Source: Candidatus Rifleibacteriota bacterium (GTDB lineage: Bacteria; Muiribacteriota; Ozemobacteria; Ozemobacterales; Ozemobacteraceae). From it: a stretch of 64,000 nt of DNA. A program made the position numbers and the translations under genes. Location of the stretch: contig JAFPZP010000010.1 in NCBI GenBank assembly GCA_017417215.1, positions 10,155 through 74,154 of the forward strand. The letters run 5' to 3'. Under the pieces are notes generated by a model. The model was not told where the DNA came from. It searched no databases and saw only the letters and a list, made by a program, of their open reading frames with translations. Positions 16,589 through 25,430 of this stretch are shown here, in pieces; within the stretch, counting starts at the first letter, position 1; each line of letters opens with the position of its first letter.

Positions 16589-18789
16589 TATCTGTTCCTA
16601 GACACTACTCAAAAAAGGGTAGCGTAATAATAGTAGTAATATGTATATTCGTTGCTTTGCTGATATTATTGGCTTCATTTTTTAAGTCAGCTACCAGCAA
16701 AGTCTATACTACTAAAAAATTAGGTGATACAATGCTTGCCAGAGAGTTAGCTAACTCTCTGGCGATTCTGTCTAATCATTATATAAAAAGTATAGAGTTA
16801 AAAAATTCGGGAAGTGAGATAAGAAAGCTTCTTAGTAAATCAATAGACAAGATGGAATCTGGTGAGGGGAAAATAAAAGAAGAGGATTTAAAGAAATATT
16901 TTGGTGAAATTTATTCAACTTTAATAAACAAATCTGGATTAAATAAGATTGCTTTGAAAGAACTTAAATGGATAATCAATAAGAAAGATTTTATTGCATT
17001 AAAAACAGACGGCAAAGATAGTCCTTATCCTAGAGAGAAAAAGGGTTATATTCGCTACTATATGAAGATTTCTTATTTGGTTCCAGGAAATAAGTCTCCA
17101 ATAACAGAAGAATATACATTTTTTTCAGGTATAACTGTAGTTGCTAATATTATACCAGTTTTATCCAAGTTTTCTTTTTATGTTGAAAATGTGTTTAATA
17201 ATAGAAGTATAGACGACAATCTTGTTTTAAGCACTTATTTCAACGTTGTGGATTCAACTGAGGGCGGCATATTAAATGATAATAGTCCTCGCCCCTGGGT
17301 TATAAACAATGGAGGAACACAATCTTATGATAATTATAAAGATTATGTGGCCGATTCCAGAGGTTTCATTTATCTTGGAGGGGGAACTAACGATAAACCC
17401 ATAATACTAGGTATTGCTAGAGGTTTTAGCAGTGCAACTCAAGGTGATTTTGGAGAAGATTTCCATTTTTATAAGAATGGTAGAGCTGGTTATTGGAAAC
17501 TTCGAGAAGTATGGCCTAAAACAGAGTCTAATATATTAGAGTCTGAAATAGGTCTTTGTAATGATGTAACCAGTAATTATAAGAAATGGCAGGAAAAATT
17601 TGGTTCTGCCGGTTACGATAAGATTTCCAGATATAATTCTATTTTCAGGCTTTATGGCACAGATGTAGATAAGTCTCCAACTTTGGTTTATGGATATGTT
17701 AATTCTATGCATGGTTCTGTAAAGGCTTTTAAAAGTGCTACTTCTGGAAGCAACTATCTATATTATATTGAAAAAGACAATGAATTGGATTTTATAAATA
17801 GTGCTGGTTATAATGATAATCCAGATGATTTTGTAAATGTTTATGACCTAAAGGCTTTTGGTGGTAAGTATCTGGATGAGTTTGGAGATCAGGCTACATT
17901 TGAAATATATAATGAAAAATATAGTACTAAAATAACTCAAAGTAGGTATAACAAAGACTTTACTTATTATTTAGCTAAAGAAAAAGGGAAATCTGCTTCT
18001 GACCAGCAGTATCCTTTAAAATATTGTACTGATTTGTTAAAAGGTGACTTGATTAAGCTTTGTGAAGATGCAAGTGATGATAGTTTGTTCTTAGCTGTTC
18101 CAAACGCAGAAGGATCGGCTGAATTTAGAAATATTTATTCTAATTCGACCAACTTAGAAGAATTAGATAAGTTTCTTGATGGTGAAAAGTTAGGTTTTGA
18201 GAATACTTCTGAAACAAGCAGGATAGCATATTATTTTAAGCCTGATAACTCTGAAGATATTGAAAAGTATTTGATAAATAAAGGTTTGTTAAAGAAGAAA
18301 GATTTGTCTCTTGATGGATGGCTATATATTGACTGTGATGAAGGTTTTGAAGTTGTACTTAAAGATTTGAACTTGTTGAGTCATGGCGGTATTATTGTAT
18401 CTAATGGGAATGTTACTTTAAAAGGAAATATCAAGAGTGTGTCTGGTGCCCATTTGAATATAGTTGCTCTTAAGGGGAATATTACTATTGAGAGAAGTGT
18501 AGATACTGTAGATGCTTCTTTAATTGCTGGCGGTGGTCAGGTAAAATTAGATGGTAATGAAAAAGACAAAAAGTTAAATATTAAAGGTAATATTGTTATG
18601 AAGAATATACCTTGTGATAATATAAAGAATAGAGTTGATTATGAGAAAATGAAACGCGGTCTTTTCTTGAATTATAATACCGATCTTTCCGCTATTCCGT
18701 TTTCTAACAAGTATAATGTTGAAGAATCCAAGACAGAATTACCTCTGTTAATGTTCAATATAAATGAAAAGACGAAAATGTTAGATTGA
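16585..18789 (+). CDS. Large membrane-anchored hypothetical protein (734 aa) with a beta-helix-like C-terminal repeat region
   Basis: N-terminal TM SVIIVVICIFVALLILLASFF. The C-terminus has repetitive GN(I/V)xLKGNI segments. The start overlaps the previous gene by 4 nt. Confidence 0.4.
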   Translation: MISVPRHYSKKGSVIIVVICIFVALLILLASFFKSATSKVYTTKKLGDTMLARELANSLAILSNHYIKSIELKNSGSEIRKLLSKSIDKMESGEGKIKEEDLKKYFGEIYSTLINKSGLNKIALKELKWIINKKDFIALKTDGKDSPYPREKKGYIRYYMKISYLVPGNKSPITEEYTFFSGITVVANIIPVLSKFSFYVENVFNNRSIDDNLVLSTYFNVVDSTEGGILNDNSPRPWVINNGGTQSYDNYKDYVADSRGFIYLGGGTNDKPIILGIARGFSSATQGDFGEDFHFYKNGRAGYWKLREVWPKTESNILESEIGLCNDVTSNYKKWQEKFGSAGYDKISRYNSIFRLYGTDVDKSPTLVYGYVNSMHGSVKAFKSATSGSNYLYYIEKDNELDFINSAGYNDNPDDFVNVYDLKAFGGKYLDEFGDQATFEIYNEKYSTKITQSRYNKDFTYYLAKEKGKSASDQQYPLKYCTDLLKGDLIKLCEDASDDSLFLAVPNAEGSAEFRNIYSNSTNLEELDKFLDGEKLGFENTSETSRIAYYFKPDNSEDIEKYLINKGLLKKKDLSLDGWLYIDCDEGFEVVLKDLNLLSHGGIIVSNGNVTLKGNIKSVSGAHLNIVALKGNITIERSVDTVDASLIAGGGQVKLDGNEKDKKLNIKGNIVMKNIPCDNIKNRVDYEKMKRGLFLNYNTDLSAIPFSNKYNVEESKTELPLLMFNINEKTKMLD

Positions 18790-19247
18790 TGATTAATAAT
18801 AATTATAAAAAAATAAAAGGTTTTTCTTTGGTTGAAATTAGTATTGTTGGTGCAATACTTCTTATTTTCCTTATTCCTGTTATTACTTTGATGTCAAGAG
18901 GTAGTTCAGGCACTATTCGTAATAGAAATGAAATATTAGCTCAGCAATATGCTTCAAATTATATAGCTTATTCTAATCTACAAAAATTTGATAGTGAAAA
19001 ATTGCAAGAAACTACTGAAGAAAAGCTTGTAGATGAATTGAAGTTGGAAAAAAACGGTGAAACTTTTGCTTTAATAGATAAGCTTGAAGATGATTTGTTT
19101 AAAAGATATGTTTCTATTAAAGATTTCCCTGCTACAGATGAAATCCCCTACAACTATAAGGTTGTTACTGTTAGAGTTGAATGGTTGCAACCAGGTGAAA
19201 AAAACAAAAGAAACGTAACAATGTCAGGGTTGGTGAATGAACGATGA
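18786..19247 (+). CDS. Prepilin-type N-terminal cleavage/methylation-domain protein (pseudopilin/minor-pilin-like)
   Basis: The N-terminus ...KGFSLVEISIVGAILLIFLIPVI matches the G-F-(T/S)-L-(I/V)-E class III signal motif plus a hydrophobic helix. Confidence 0.55.
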   Translation: MMINNNYKKIKGFSLVEISIVGAILLIFLIPVITLMSRGSSGTIRNRNEILAQQYASNYIAYSNLQKFDSEKLQETTEEKLVDELKLEKNGETFALIDKLEDDLFKRYVSIKDFPATDEIPYNYKVVTVRVEWLQPGEKNKRNVTMSGLVNER

Positions 19248-19816
19248 ATATAAACAGAAGAAAAGCGGTCACTTTGGTTGAAGTTGTTATATGTGTCGTT
19301 CTTTTTGCAATGCTGATAGCTGGTTTAATGAGAGTATTCAGTTCCGGTATGAAGACATCTGTTAAAGGTCTTGCTCATCAGGCAAATATGGAAACAGCTT
19401 CTATTATCATGTCTCAGATTGAATATGACTTGTTGAGAGCAACCAATATTCTACAACCAGATATAAATCTCTCTGAAGATTTTGATAAAGCGATTTGGAA
19501 TTTTTATTACGGCGATTCCGAAATTAACTCACCAGCAACAGTAACTTATACAAGATTAGATAATGGAGTAGGAGTAAGCAGAGAAGTTAAACTGGCTGAT
19601 GGCAAAACTATGAGTAATATTTTTGCCAGGGATCAGAAAGTTGAATTGAGTTTTAAAAATCTAAGAGTTAATAACGGTACTTCTGATGTTCCTTTTTATA
19701 AGCATGCTATGCTTGTAAAGCTGACTGTTTCAACAAGAGATTCTAAAAAGGTAGGTACTAATCCAGAAGAAGCTTTTTCTTTAAGCAGACTAATAATTAT
19801 TCGCGGACACGAGTAA
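19244..19816 (+). CDS. Prepilin-type N-terminal domain protein (pseudopilin-like)
   Basis: RRKAVTLVEVVICVVLFAMLIAGLM is a type IV pilin-like N-terminus (TLVE). It overlaps the previous gene by 4 nt. Confidence 0.5.
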   Translation: MNINRRKAVTLVEVVICVVLFAMLIAGLMRVFSSGMKTSVKGLAHQANMETASIIMSQIEYDLLRATNILQPDINLSEDFDKAIWNFYYGDSEINSPATVTYTRLDNGVGVSREVKLADGKTMSNIFARDQKVELSFKNLRVNNGTSDVPFYKHAMLVKLTVSTRDSKKVGTNPEEAFSLSRLIIIRGHE

Positions 19817-19857
19817 TTAGTAAGTATCTTAACCTAAATTTACATTAAATAAATTGC

Positions 19858-20460
19858 ATGATAGAAATGCTGGCAGTAAAATCCGGCATCATGCTAAATT
19901 TATATCAGAAGATACAGAAGATAGAAACAATACAGGCTGAAGCTGATAAAGCAACCAAGGCTTTTAAGAATAGATACCAAATTGATTGTATTGAATACTG
20001 TGCTGAATGTTGCAAATACAATGATATTAATGCTACTCCACTAGAATTTCTTCCTTTGGCATGGCATTTTTATAAGTGTGGCAAGTTGGAAGAACTATTT
20101 GAGAGAGTTTCTAACTATAATAAACCTCAATGTATTTTTTCTGTTTTTGAAAATGGAAGATGGGGATGTTGTGTTTATCCTACTAGAGGTTTAATTTGCA
20201 GACTTTTTGGATTTGCTTCAGTTGAAGATAAACATGGAAAAGCTTGTTTTGCTGCTTGTCATAGTTTAAAAGAAAAGAATCCTGAGTTGGTTCAGCATAT
20301 TTGCCAAATGATTAATACTGGGGGAAAGACACCTGTTATTGCTGATTTTTATAGAAAACTAAATATGCTGGATTTAAATCTTGGAGATGAATTGGTTCCT
20401 ATTAATCAAGCTATTAAGGAAGCTTGTGAGATAATATATATGCACGAAGCTTATAAGTGA
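19858..20460 (+). CDS. Cysteine-cluster protein, possibly of the YkgJ/UPF0153 (CxxCxxCC) putative zinc/iron-chelating family
   Basis: CIEYCAECCKYN plus downstream CxxxxC and CxxAC clusters (GRWGCCVYPTRGLICRLFGF...ACFAACH). Confidence 0.3.
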   Translation: MIEMLAVKSGIMLNLYQKIQKIETIQAEADKATKAFKNRYQIDCIEYCAECCKYNDINATPLEFLPLAWHFYKCGKLEELFERVSNYNKPQCIFSVFENGRWGCCVYPTRGLICRLFGFASVEDKHGKACFAACHSLKEKNPELVQHICQMINTGGKTPVIADFYRKLNMLDLNLGDELVPINQAIKEACEIIYMHEAYK

Positions 20461-20473
20461 GAATAAAAGAGTT

Positions 20474-20508
20474 ATAAAAAAAGCCTGCTTAATAGCAGGC
20501 TTTTTTTT
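20474..20508. terminator. Bidirectional rho-independent terminator between convergent genes
   Basis: An A-run, then stem agcctgct with loop taat and agcaggct (20482-20501), then TTTTTTTT. Confidence 0.6.
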
Positions 20509-20797
20509 AAATCATTTCCTTGAGGGCAAGATTTATTATCTTCATACCTTCGCGGATTTCCTGTTTTCGGTATTCTTTAACCCATTCTTTGAGGTTTTCA
20601 TATTTCTTTGTTTCTGTTACTACAAAGAAAGTTGTGTTATCGCCTGGCCAGATATCGTTGCCGAATTTCTTCCCGCCACCTTCTCCAGAACCGTTAACCA
20701 ATGGAATCTGAGTGAAGTTAGTAATTTCATTCTTTTTAAACTGCTGCATTACATCAGCACCCATTGTGGTACTGCATACTATAAAGAAAAATTCCAT
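20507..20797 (-). CDS. Small hypothetical protein with a PII-like secondary-structure pattern (possibly DarA/DUF970-like)
   Basis: It is 96 aa. A beta-alpha-beta...GGGKKFGNDI...NTTFFVVTE pattern resembles PII-like c-di-AMP receptor proteins. This is a weak call. Confidence 0.25.
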   Translation of the reverse strand: MEFFFIVCSTTMGADVMQQFKKNEITNFTQIPLVNGSGEGGGKKFGNDIWPGDNTTFFVVTETKKYENLKEWVKEYRKQEIREGMKIINLALKEMI

Positions 20798-20873
20798 TAT
20801 CTATTTACTCCATTTTTATACTTTTAACAAAGTTGTATATTTTAATATAGCAATTAATGTTAAGAAACTTTTT

Positions 20874-20949
20874 AGAGATAAGAGGTTAGAGATTAGAGAG
20901 GAGAGAGATTTCTCTTACCTCTAATCTCTTACCTCTAATCTCTTATCTC
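20874..20949. repeat. Imperfect palindromic and tandem repeat built from GAGATTAGAGAG / TCTCTTACCTCTAA units
   Basis: agagataagaggttagagattagagaggagagag ... ctcttacctctaatctcttacctctaatctcttatctct. The arms are roughly reverse-complementary and the right arm holds a 14-mer twice in tandem. Confidence 0.6.
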
Positions 20950-20977
20950 TATAAATTATATACACTTTTTTCTGTAT

Positions 20978-21114
20978 CAATCTGCTTTATAACCATCACG
21001 TTGATCAGCAGGAACAAGCCATCTCTGCATCAAGCTGTAAACAACTGGCATCATAGTCATTGTCATACAGGTTGAAACAATCATACCGCCTATAACCGTC
21101 CAGGCTATAGGTAT
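20978..21114 (-). other. In-frame continuation of the RND transporter gene beyond its TAG stop, encoding the missing C-terminal transmembrane helix
   Basis: Same frame as 21115-24066. It translates IPIAWTVIGGMIVSTCMTMTMMPVVYSLMQRWLVPADQRDGYKAD*, which matches the conserved RND C-terminus (..GxxxE-x-xPlgiaVigGl..tlfvvPv.Y). Confidence 0.6.
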
Positions 21115-24066
21115 CTACATTTCAGCACCGTCACCTGTTGATATGCCCATAGGAATCATACCAAGAACAGTGGTAGTAGTGGTTGAAAGAACAGGTCTAA
21201 GTCTGCTCTTTCCTGCTTCAATCAAAGCATCTCTGGTCTTATAACCACGCGCTATCAATATATTAACGTAACTGATTAAAACGATACCATTATTAACAAC
21301 GATACCAACAAGAATCAAACCACCAAGTAGAGATACAACAGAAAGTCTGCTACCGGCAAGAATCAACATGACGATTGCACCGATAAAACCGAATGGAATA
21401 CTGAATGCGATGATAAATGGAGCAAGCAAAGATTCAAACTGTGAAGCCATAACCATGTAAACAAGCATTATTCCAAGTAAACCAGCTTCCATCAGCAATA
21501 AGAAAGATTCTTTTCTATCTTTTTCATCGCCTGTGAATTCCCAAGCAAAACCAGTTGGAACAATTGTGTTGTTGAGTATATCTGTTGCAGCATCGATAAC
21601 CGAACCAGCGTCTGTTCCATAAACAGAACCAGTAATCTGAATATATCTCTGCTGGTCATAACGTTTAACACTTGTAGGACCAAGAGCTTGCTTTATAGTA
21701 GCAAAATTACTCAAACGAATAGGTTCGCCATTTTTATTTGGAACAGTAATCTGTTCTAGGTCATCTAATTTTTCACGATCTTCAAGTCTAAGTCTAACTT
21801 CAATGTCGTATTCGTCGCCGCCTTCACGGTATTTAACAGTAGTATTACCACTGAAATACAATTCAACCAAGTTTGCTACGGTATTAACATTTATACCAAG
21901 ACTAGAAGCTTTTTCACGGTCAATATTAACAGTAAGTTCAGGGCTGGCAAGTTTCTGACTGACTTCAAGGTCTTGCAAACCTTGAATAGTTTTGAATTTT
22001 TCAACAAGAGTATTGCAGTATTGAACCCCACGTTCAAGGTCGTGACCGTAAACGTTAAGCGTAAAATCTTTACCGCTACCCATAGAACGAGTTGTTTCAA
22101 AACGAACGGTGACACCAGGTATTTTTTCTATATCTGGTCTAACAGCGTTAATAACATCACCAACGTGAATCTTTCTCACATTTCTTGAACGAAGTCTGAA
22201 CTGAACTTGACCTCTGTTAGAACCTTTACTACTATTAAAAGCGACTGATTCTGCACTTTCACCAATTCCATAAGAGTAAACATTGGCTATAACTTCGTCT
22301 TTAAATTTAGCAAGAACTATATCACGAATCTGAGCACAAATCTTACCTGTTTCTTCGTATCTGGTACCAGTTTGTAATTCTACGTTTACTGTAAAACGTC
22401 CCTGATCCTGATTAGGCATGTATTCTACACCTACTAGAGGAATCAAGGTGAAGGACAAGCACAGCAAAACTAGCATTACTGCGACCATTGTCAGTCTGAA
22501 ATTAAGTAAAACTTTCAATATGCTTACGTAGAAATTTTCAATGGCTTTCAATATTTTTTCAAATATAGCAAAAATTCCACCTTTAATTTCTGAATTAGGA
22601 GTTAGAATTTTAGACGCAAGCATTGGTGTAAGCAATAGACCAGAAATTAAAGAAGCTAACAAAGCCATAGAAACAATCGCTGCCAACTGTCCAAAGAAAA
22701 TCTTTGTTATACCTGTAGTAAACATAATTGGCAGGAAGATAACAACTGTGGTAAGAGTAGAAGCAACAACAGAAGCTGTCATTTCGTTAGCACCCCAAGC
22801 TGCGGCTTCTCTTACTTTGACACCACGTTCTATATAACGTTTGATATTGTCTATAACAACAATAGCATTGTCAACAACCATACCTATGGCTATAACCAAA
22901 CTCGAAAGCGAAATCTGGTTAATTGTATAGTCATTAAGGAACATCAACAAGAAAGTGATGATTAATGATGTAGGAATTGTAATAGCTATTATTAGGCTAG
23001 CTCTGAAATCTCTTAAGAAAAAGAGAATAACTAATAAAACACAAACGCCACCGAAAATTAACGATTCTTTCAGGTTGCTTACAGTATTTTTAATGAAAGT
23101 TGAAGTATCAATAAATTCAATCATTTCCATATCTTTAGGAAGACTGTCTTTGATACTTTGTTCAACATCTTTTACTGACTGAGCAACAGCAACAGTATTA
23201 CCTCCAGATTGTTTCTGAATCATAATACCACGAGCTGGCTTACCATCCATACGGAAGTCTTCTGTAAGTTCCTTTAAGCCATCTTCAACTTCTGCAACGT
23301 CTTTTACTTTAATAACACCATTTGAAGTGTGTCTTAAAACAACTTCACCAATCTGGTCAACAGAATTAAATTCTTCTGGAGTTCTAATCAAGAAATCCAT
23401 TTGTCCACTTTTTATATGACCACCTGGATTGGTGAGGTTTTGTGCCCTTATTGTGTTAACAATTTCCTGACCTGTTATTCCTGTAGATTCAAGACGTTCT
23501 CTGTTTAACTTAACCTTAATAACTCTCTTTGCTCCACCTTCACCAGTAACAGTAGCAACACCTGGAATACGCTTCAATCGGTCAACAACCTTGTCGTCGG
23601 TAATGGTTTCAATTTTTCTCCAGCTTTCTTTAGCCGTGATACCATAGATAACGACAGGAATCATACTCATATCTATTTTCATGAGTAATGGTGCTTCTGC
23701 TGCATCAGGGAGTCTCTTTCGTATCTGGTCTATTTTGTCACGTATGTCATTTGTGGCTGTATCCATATTGATACCCCACTTAAACTTAACATTAACCAAA
23801 GAAATACCTTCCATAGAAGTAGAAGTAACTTCGTCAACGTTTTCAACCGCAGAAACTCTCGCTTCTATAAGTTCAGTAACACGCTGTTCAACTTCCTGAG
23901 GACCAGCACCTTCATATTGTGTAACAACCATTACTACAGGCACATCGAATTTTGGCATCAAGTCGATACCGACTAATGTGTATGCGAATGCACCTAATAC
24001 AACTATGGCAACGAAAATCATTGAAGTTGTAACAGGATTTTTTACCCCAAATTCAGAAAACTTCAT
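21115..24066 (-). CDS. RND-family efflux transporter permease (AcrB/HAE1-like), prematurely terminated by an in-frame TAG
   Basis: About 983 aa with 12-TM RND topology and the typical N-terminus MKFSEFGVKNPVTTSMIFVAIVVLG. The full-length frame continues to 20978. Confidence 0.85.
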   Translation of the reverse strand: MKFSEFGVKNPVTTSMIFVAIVVLGAFAYTLVGIDLMPKFDVPVVMVVTQYEGAGPQEVEQRVTELIEARVSAVENVDEVTSTSMEGISLVNVKFKWGINMDTATNDIRDKIDQIRKRLPDAAEAPLLMKIDMSMIPVVIYGITAKESWRKIETITDDKVVDRLKRIPGVATVTGEGGAKRVIKVKLNRERLESTGITGQEIVNTIRAQNLTNPGGHIKSGQMDFLIRTPEEFNSVDQIGEVVLRHTSNGVIKVKDVAEVEDGLKELTEDFRMDGKPARGIMIQKQSGGNTVAVAQSVKDVEQSIKDSLPKDMEMIEFIDTSTFIKNTVSNLKESLIFGGVCVLLVILFFLRDFRASLIIAITIPTSLIITFLLMFLNDYTINQISLSSLVIAIGMVVDNAIVVIDNIKRYIERGVKVREAAAWGANEMTASVVASTLTTVVIFLPIMFTTGITKIFFGQLAAIVSMALLASLISGLLLTPMLASKILTPNSEIKGGIFAIFEKILKAIENFYVSILKVLLNFRLTMVAVMLVLLCLSFTLIPLVGVEYMPNQDQGRFTVNVELQTGTRYEETGKICAQIRDIVLAKFKDEVIANVYSYGIGESAESVAFNSSKGSNRGQVQFRLRSRNVRKIHVGDVINAVRPDIEKIPGVTVRFETTRSMGSGKDFTLNVYGHDLERGVQYCNTLVEKFKTIQGLQDLEVSQKLASPELTVNIDREKASSLGINVNTVANLVELYFSGNTTVKYREGGDEYDIEVRLRLEDREKLDDLEQITVPNKNGEPIRLSNFATIKQALGPTSVKRYDQQRYIQITGSVYGTDAGSVIDAATDILNNTIVPTGFAWEFTGDEKDRKESFLLLMEAGLLGIMLVYMVMASQFESLLAPFIIAFSIPFGFIGAIVMLILAGSRLSVVSLLGGLILVGIVVNNGIVLISYVNILIARGYKTRDALIEAGKSRLRPVLSTTTTTVLGMIPMGISTGDGAEM

Positions 24067-24080
24067 CTATTTATCTCCAA

Positions 24081-25427
24081 TTAATCTATGCTAACAGGTG
24101 CACCTTCACGGATAAATTCTGTACCTCTGCTGATTAAACGTTCACCAGCTTTAAGTCCAGAAAGTATTTCTGCTTTGTCATCGTCAACAATACCGACTGT
24201 AACGTCTCGTTTTGCAGCAATATAGCTATCACCCTGTTTTTCAACGATATAGGTTAAGTATTTATTATCGTATTTTACCAAGGCATCTCTAGGGATAATT
24301 ACAGCATTTTCATGAGTAGTTACTAATACGTCGATTTTTGCAAACATGCCTGTCCTTAGTTTATTGTCACTGTTATCTAAGTGAATTTCAATTTTGCCAG
24401 TTCTACTGGTGTTATCAATTGAAGGATAAATCTTTGTTACAATGCCTTTAAATTGCCCTTCAACAGAATCAACAGTTATAACAACATTTGTTTTTCCTGC
24501 AACAAGTTGGTATAAATCTTTTTCTATTATCGTTCCAATAATTTTTACAGGATTACTCTGCTGAATATCGAACAGAGCTTTAGACATATTAGCATTTGCA
24601 CCCGGATCTTCATATCTTGCGGTAATAACACCATCGAACGGAGCATCTACAATGGTTTTATCCAAATTAACTTTTACAGCATTAAGATTGGCGGTTGCTT
24701 GAGTTAATTCTGCTTTTCTCATTTCTAAAGTAACAAGTGCAGTCTGAATAGCGTCATTTGCTCTTTTTACGTTAGTCTGAGCAGAGACATGAGCGGCGTT
24801 TGCATTGTCGTATTTGGTAATAATATCGTCTACGTCTTGTCTAGAAACAGCACCTTCAGAGAACAGCTTTTCTAAACGTTTTCTAGTGACTGTAAGGTTT
24901 TTTAATTGAGATTCAGAAGCTTCTACTGCAGCTTTTGCAGAAACAAGAGAGGATCTAGCACTTTCGATTGTAACTTCCTGCATTTTTATAGAAGCATTAG
25001 CAACATTTAAAGAAGCCTTTGCTTGAGCATACTGAGCCTGTTGGGTTTCATCATTTATCTGAGCAAGCTTTTGCCCTTTTTTCACAAAATCACCAACATC
25101 AACATAGATTTCTTCAATTTTACCGGAAGCTTCTGGAATAAGGCTTACACCAAGCATTGGTTTGATTTCACCAGAAGTTTTAATTTTCTGACTGATAGTA
25201 CCGCTTTTTATCATTTCAGAATATACAGGAGTTGCCAGTTCTTTTTTAGTATTTGCATCAGATTTGGCATTAGCGGTTTGGGTTGCGGTAGTTGCTGCGG
25301 AACCCATGGAATTAATTCCAAAGAAAATACCAGCAGAAATAGCAAATACAACAATAACTTTTAATAACCAGTGCTGAGATTTAGAGTTTGTTTGTTGAGT
25401 TTTAATGGTTTTACTTTGTTTTAACAT
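24081..25427 (-). CDS. RND efflux periplasmic adaptor (membrane-fusion protein, HlyD family)
   Basis: N-terminal TM anchor, a long coiled-coil hairpin region, and a beta-barrel C-terminus. It sits directly upstream of the RND gene. Confidence 0.8.
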   Translation of the reverse strand: MLKQSKTIKTQQTNSKSQHWLLKVIVVFAISAGIFFGINSMGSAATTATQTANAKSDANTKKELATPVYSEMIKSGTISQKIKTSGEIKPMLGVSLIPEASGKIEEIYVDVGDFVKKGQKLAQINDETQQAQYAQAKASLNVANASIKMQEVTIESARSSLVSAKAAVEASESQLKNLTVTRKRLEKLFSEGAVSRQDVDDIITKYDNANAAHVSAQTNVKRANDAIQTALVTLEMRKAELTQATANLNAVKVNLDKTIVDAPFDGVITARYEDPGANANMSKALFDIQQSNPVKIIGTIIEKDLYQLVAGKTNVVITVDSVEGQFKGIVTKIYPSIDNTSRTGKIEIHLDNSDNKLRTGMFAKIDVLVTTHENAVIIPRDALVKYDNKYLTYIVEKQGDSYIAAKRDVTVGIVDDDKAEILSGLKAGERLISRGTEFIREGAPVSID

Positions 25428-25430
25428 TGA

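Noticed and set aside
20520-20924. Plus-strand ORFs 20520-20711 and 20712-20924
   Set aside because: The first is antisense to the better-supported minus-strand 96-aa gene. The second is made largely of the palindromic repeat. Both are likely spurious.
21115-21117. Possibility that TAG is a sense codon (recoding or alternative genetic code)
   Set aside because: TAG clearly terminates other well-delimited genes in this window (radical SAM at 36597-36599, cheR at 43195-43197). A nonsense mutation or sequencing error is more parsimonious.
21100-21130. I first read the RND gene end as a frameshift
   Set aside because: Codon bookkeeping shows the downstream conserved C-terminus is in the same frame. 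The lesion is an in-frame TAG, not a frameshift. It is reported as a finding instead.
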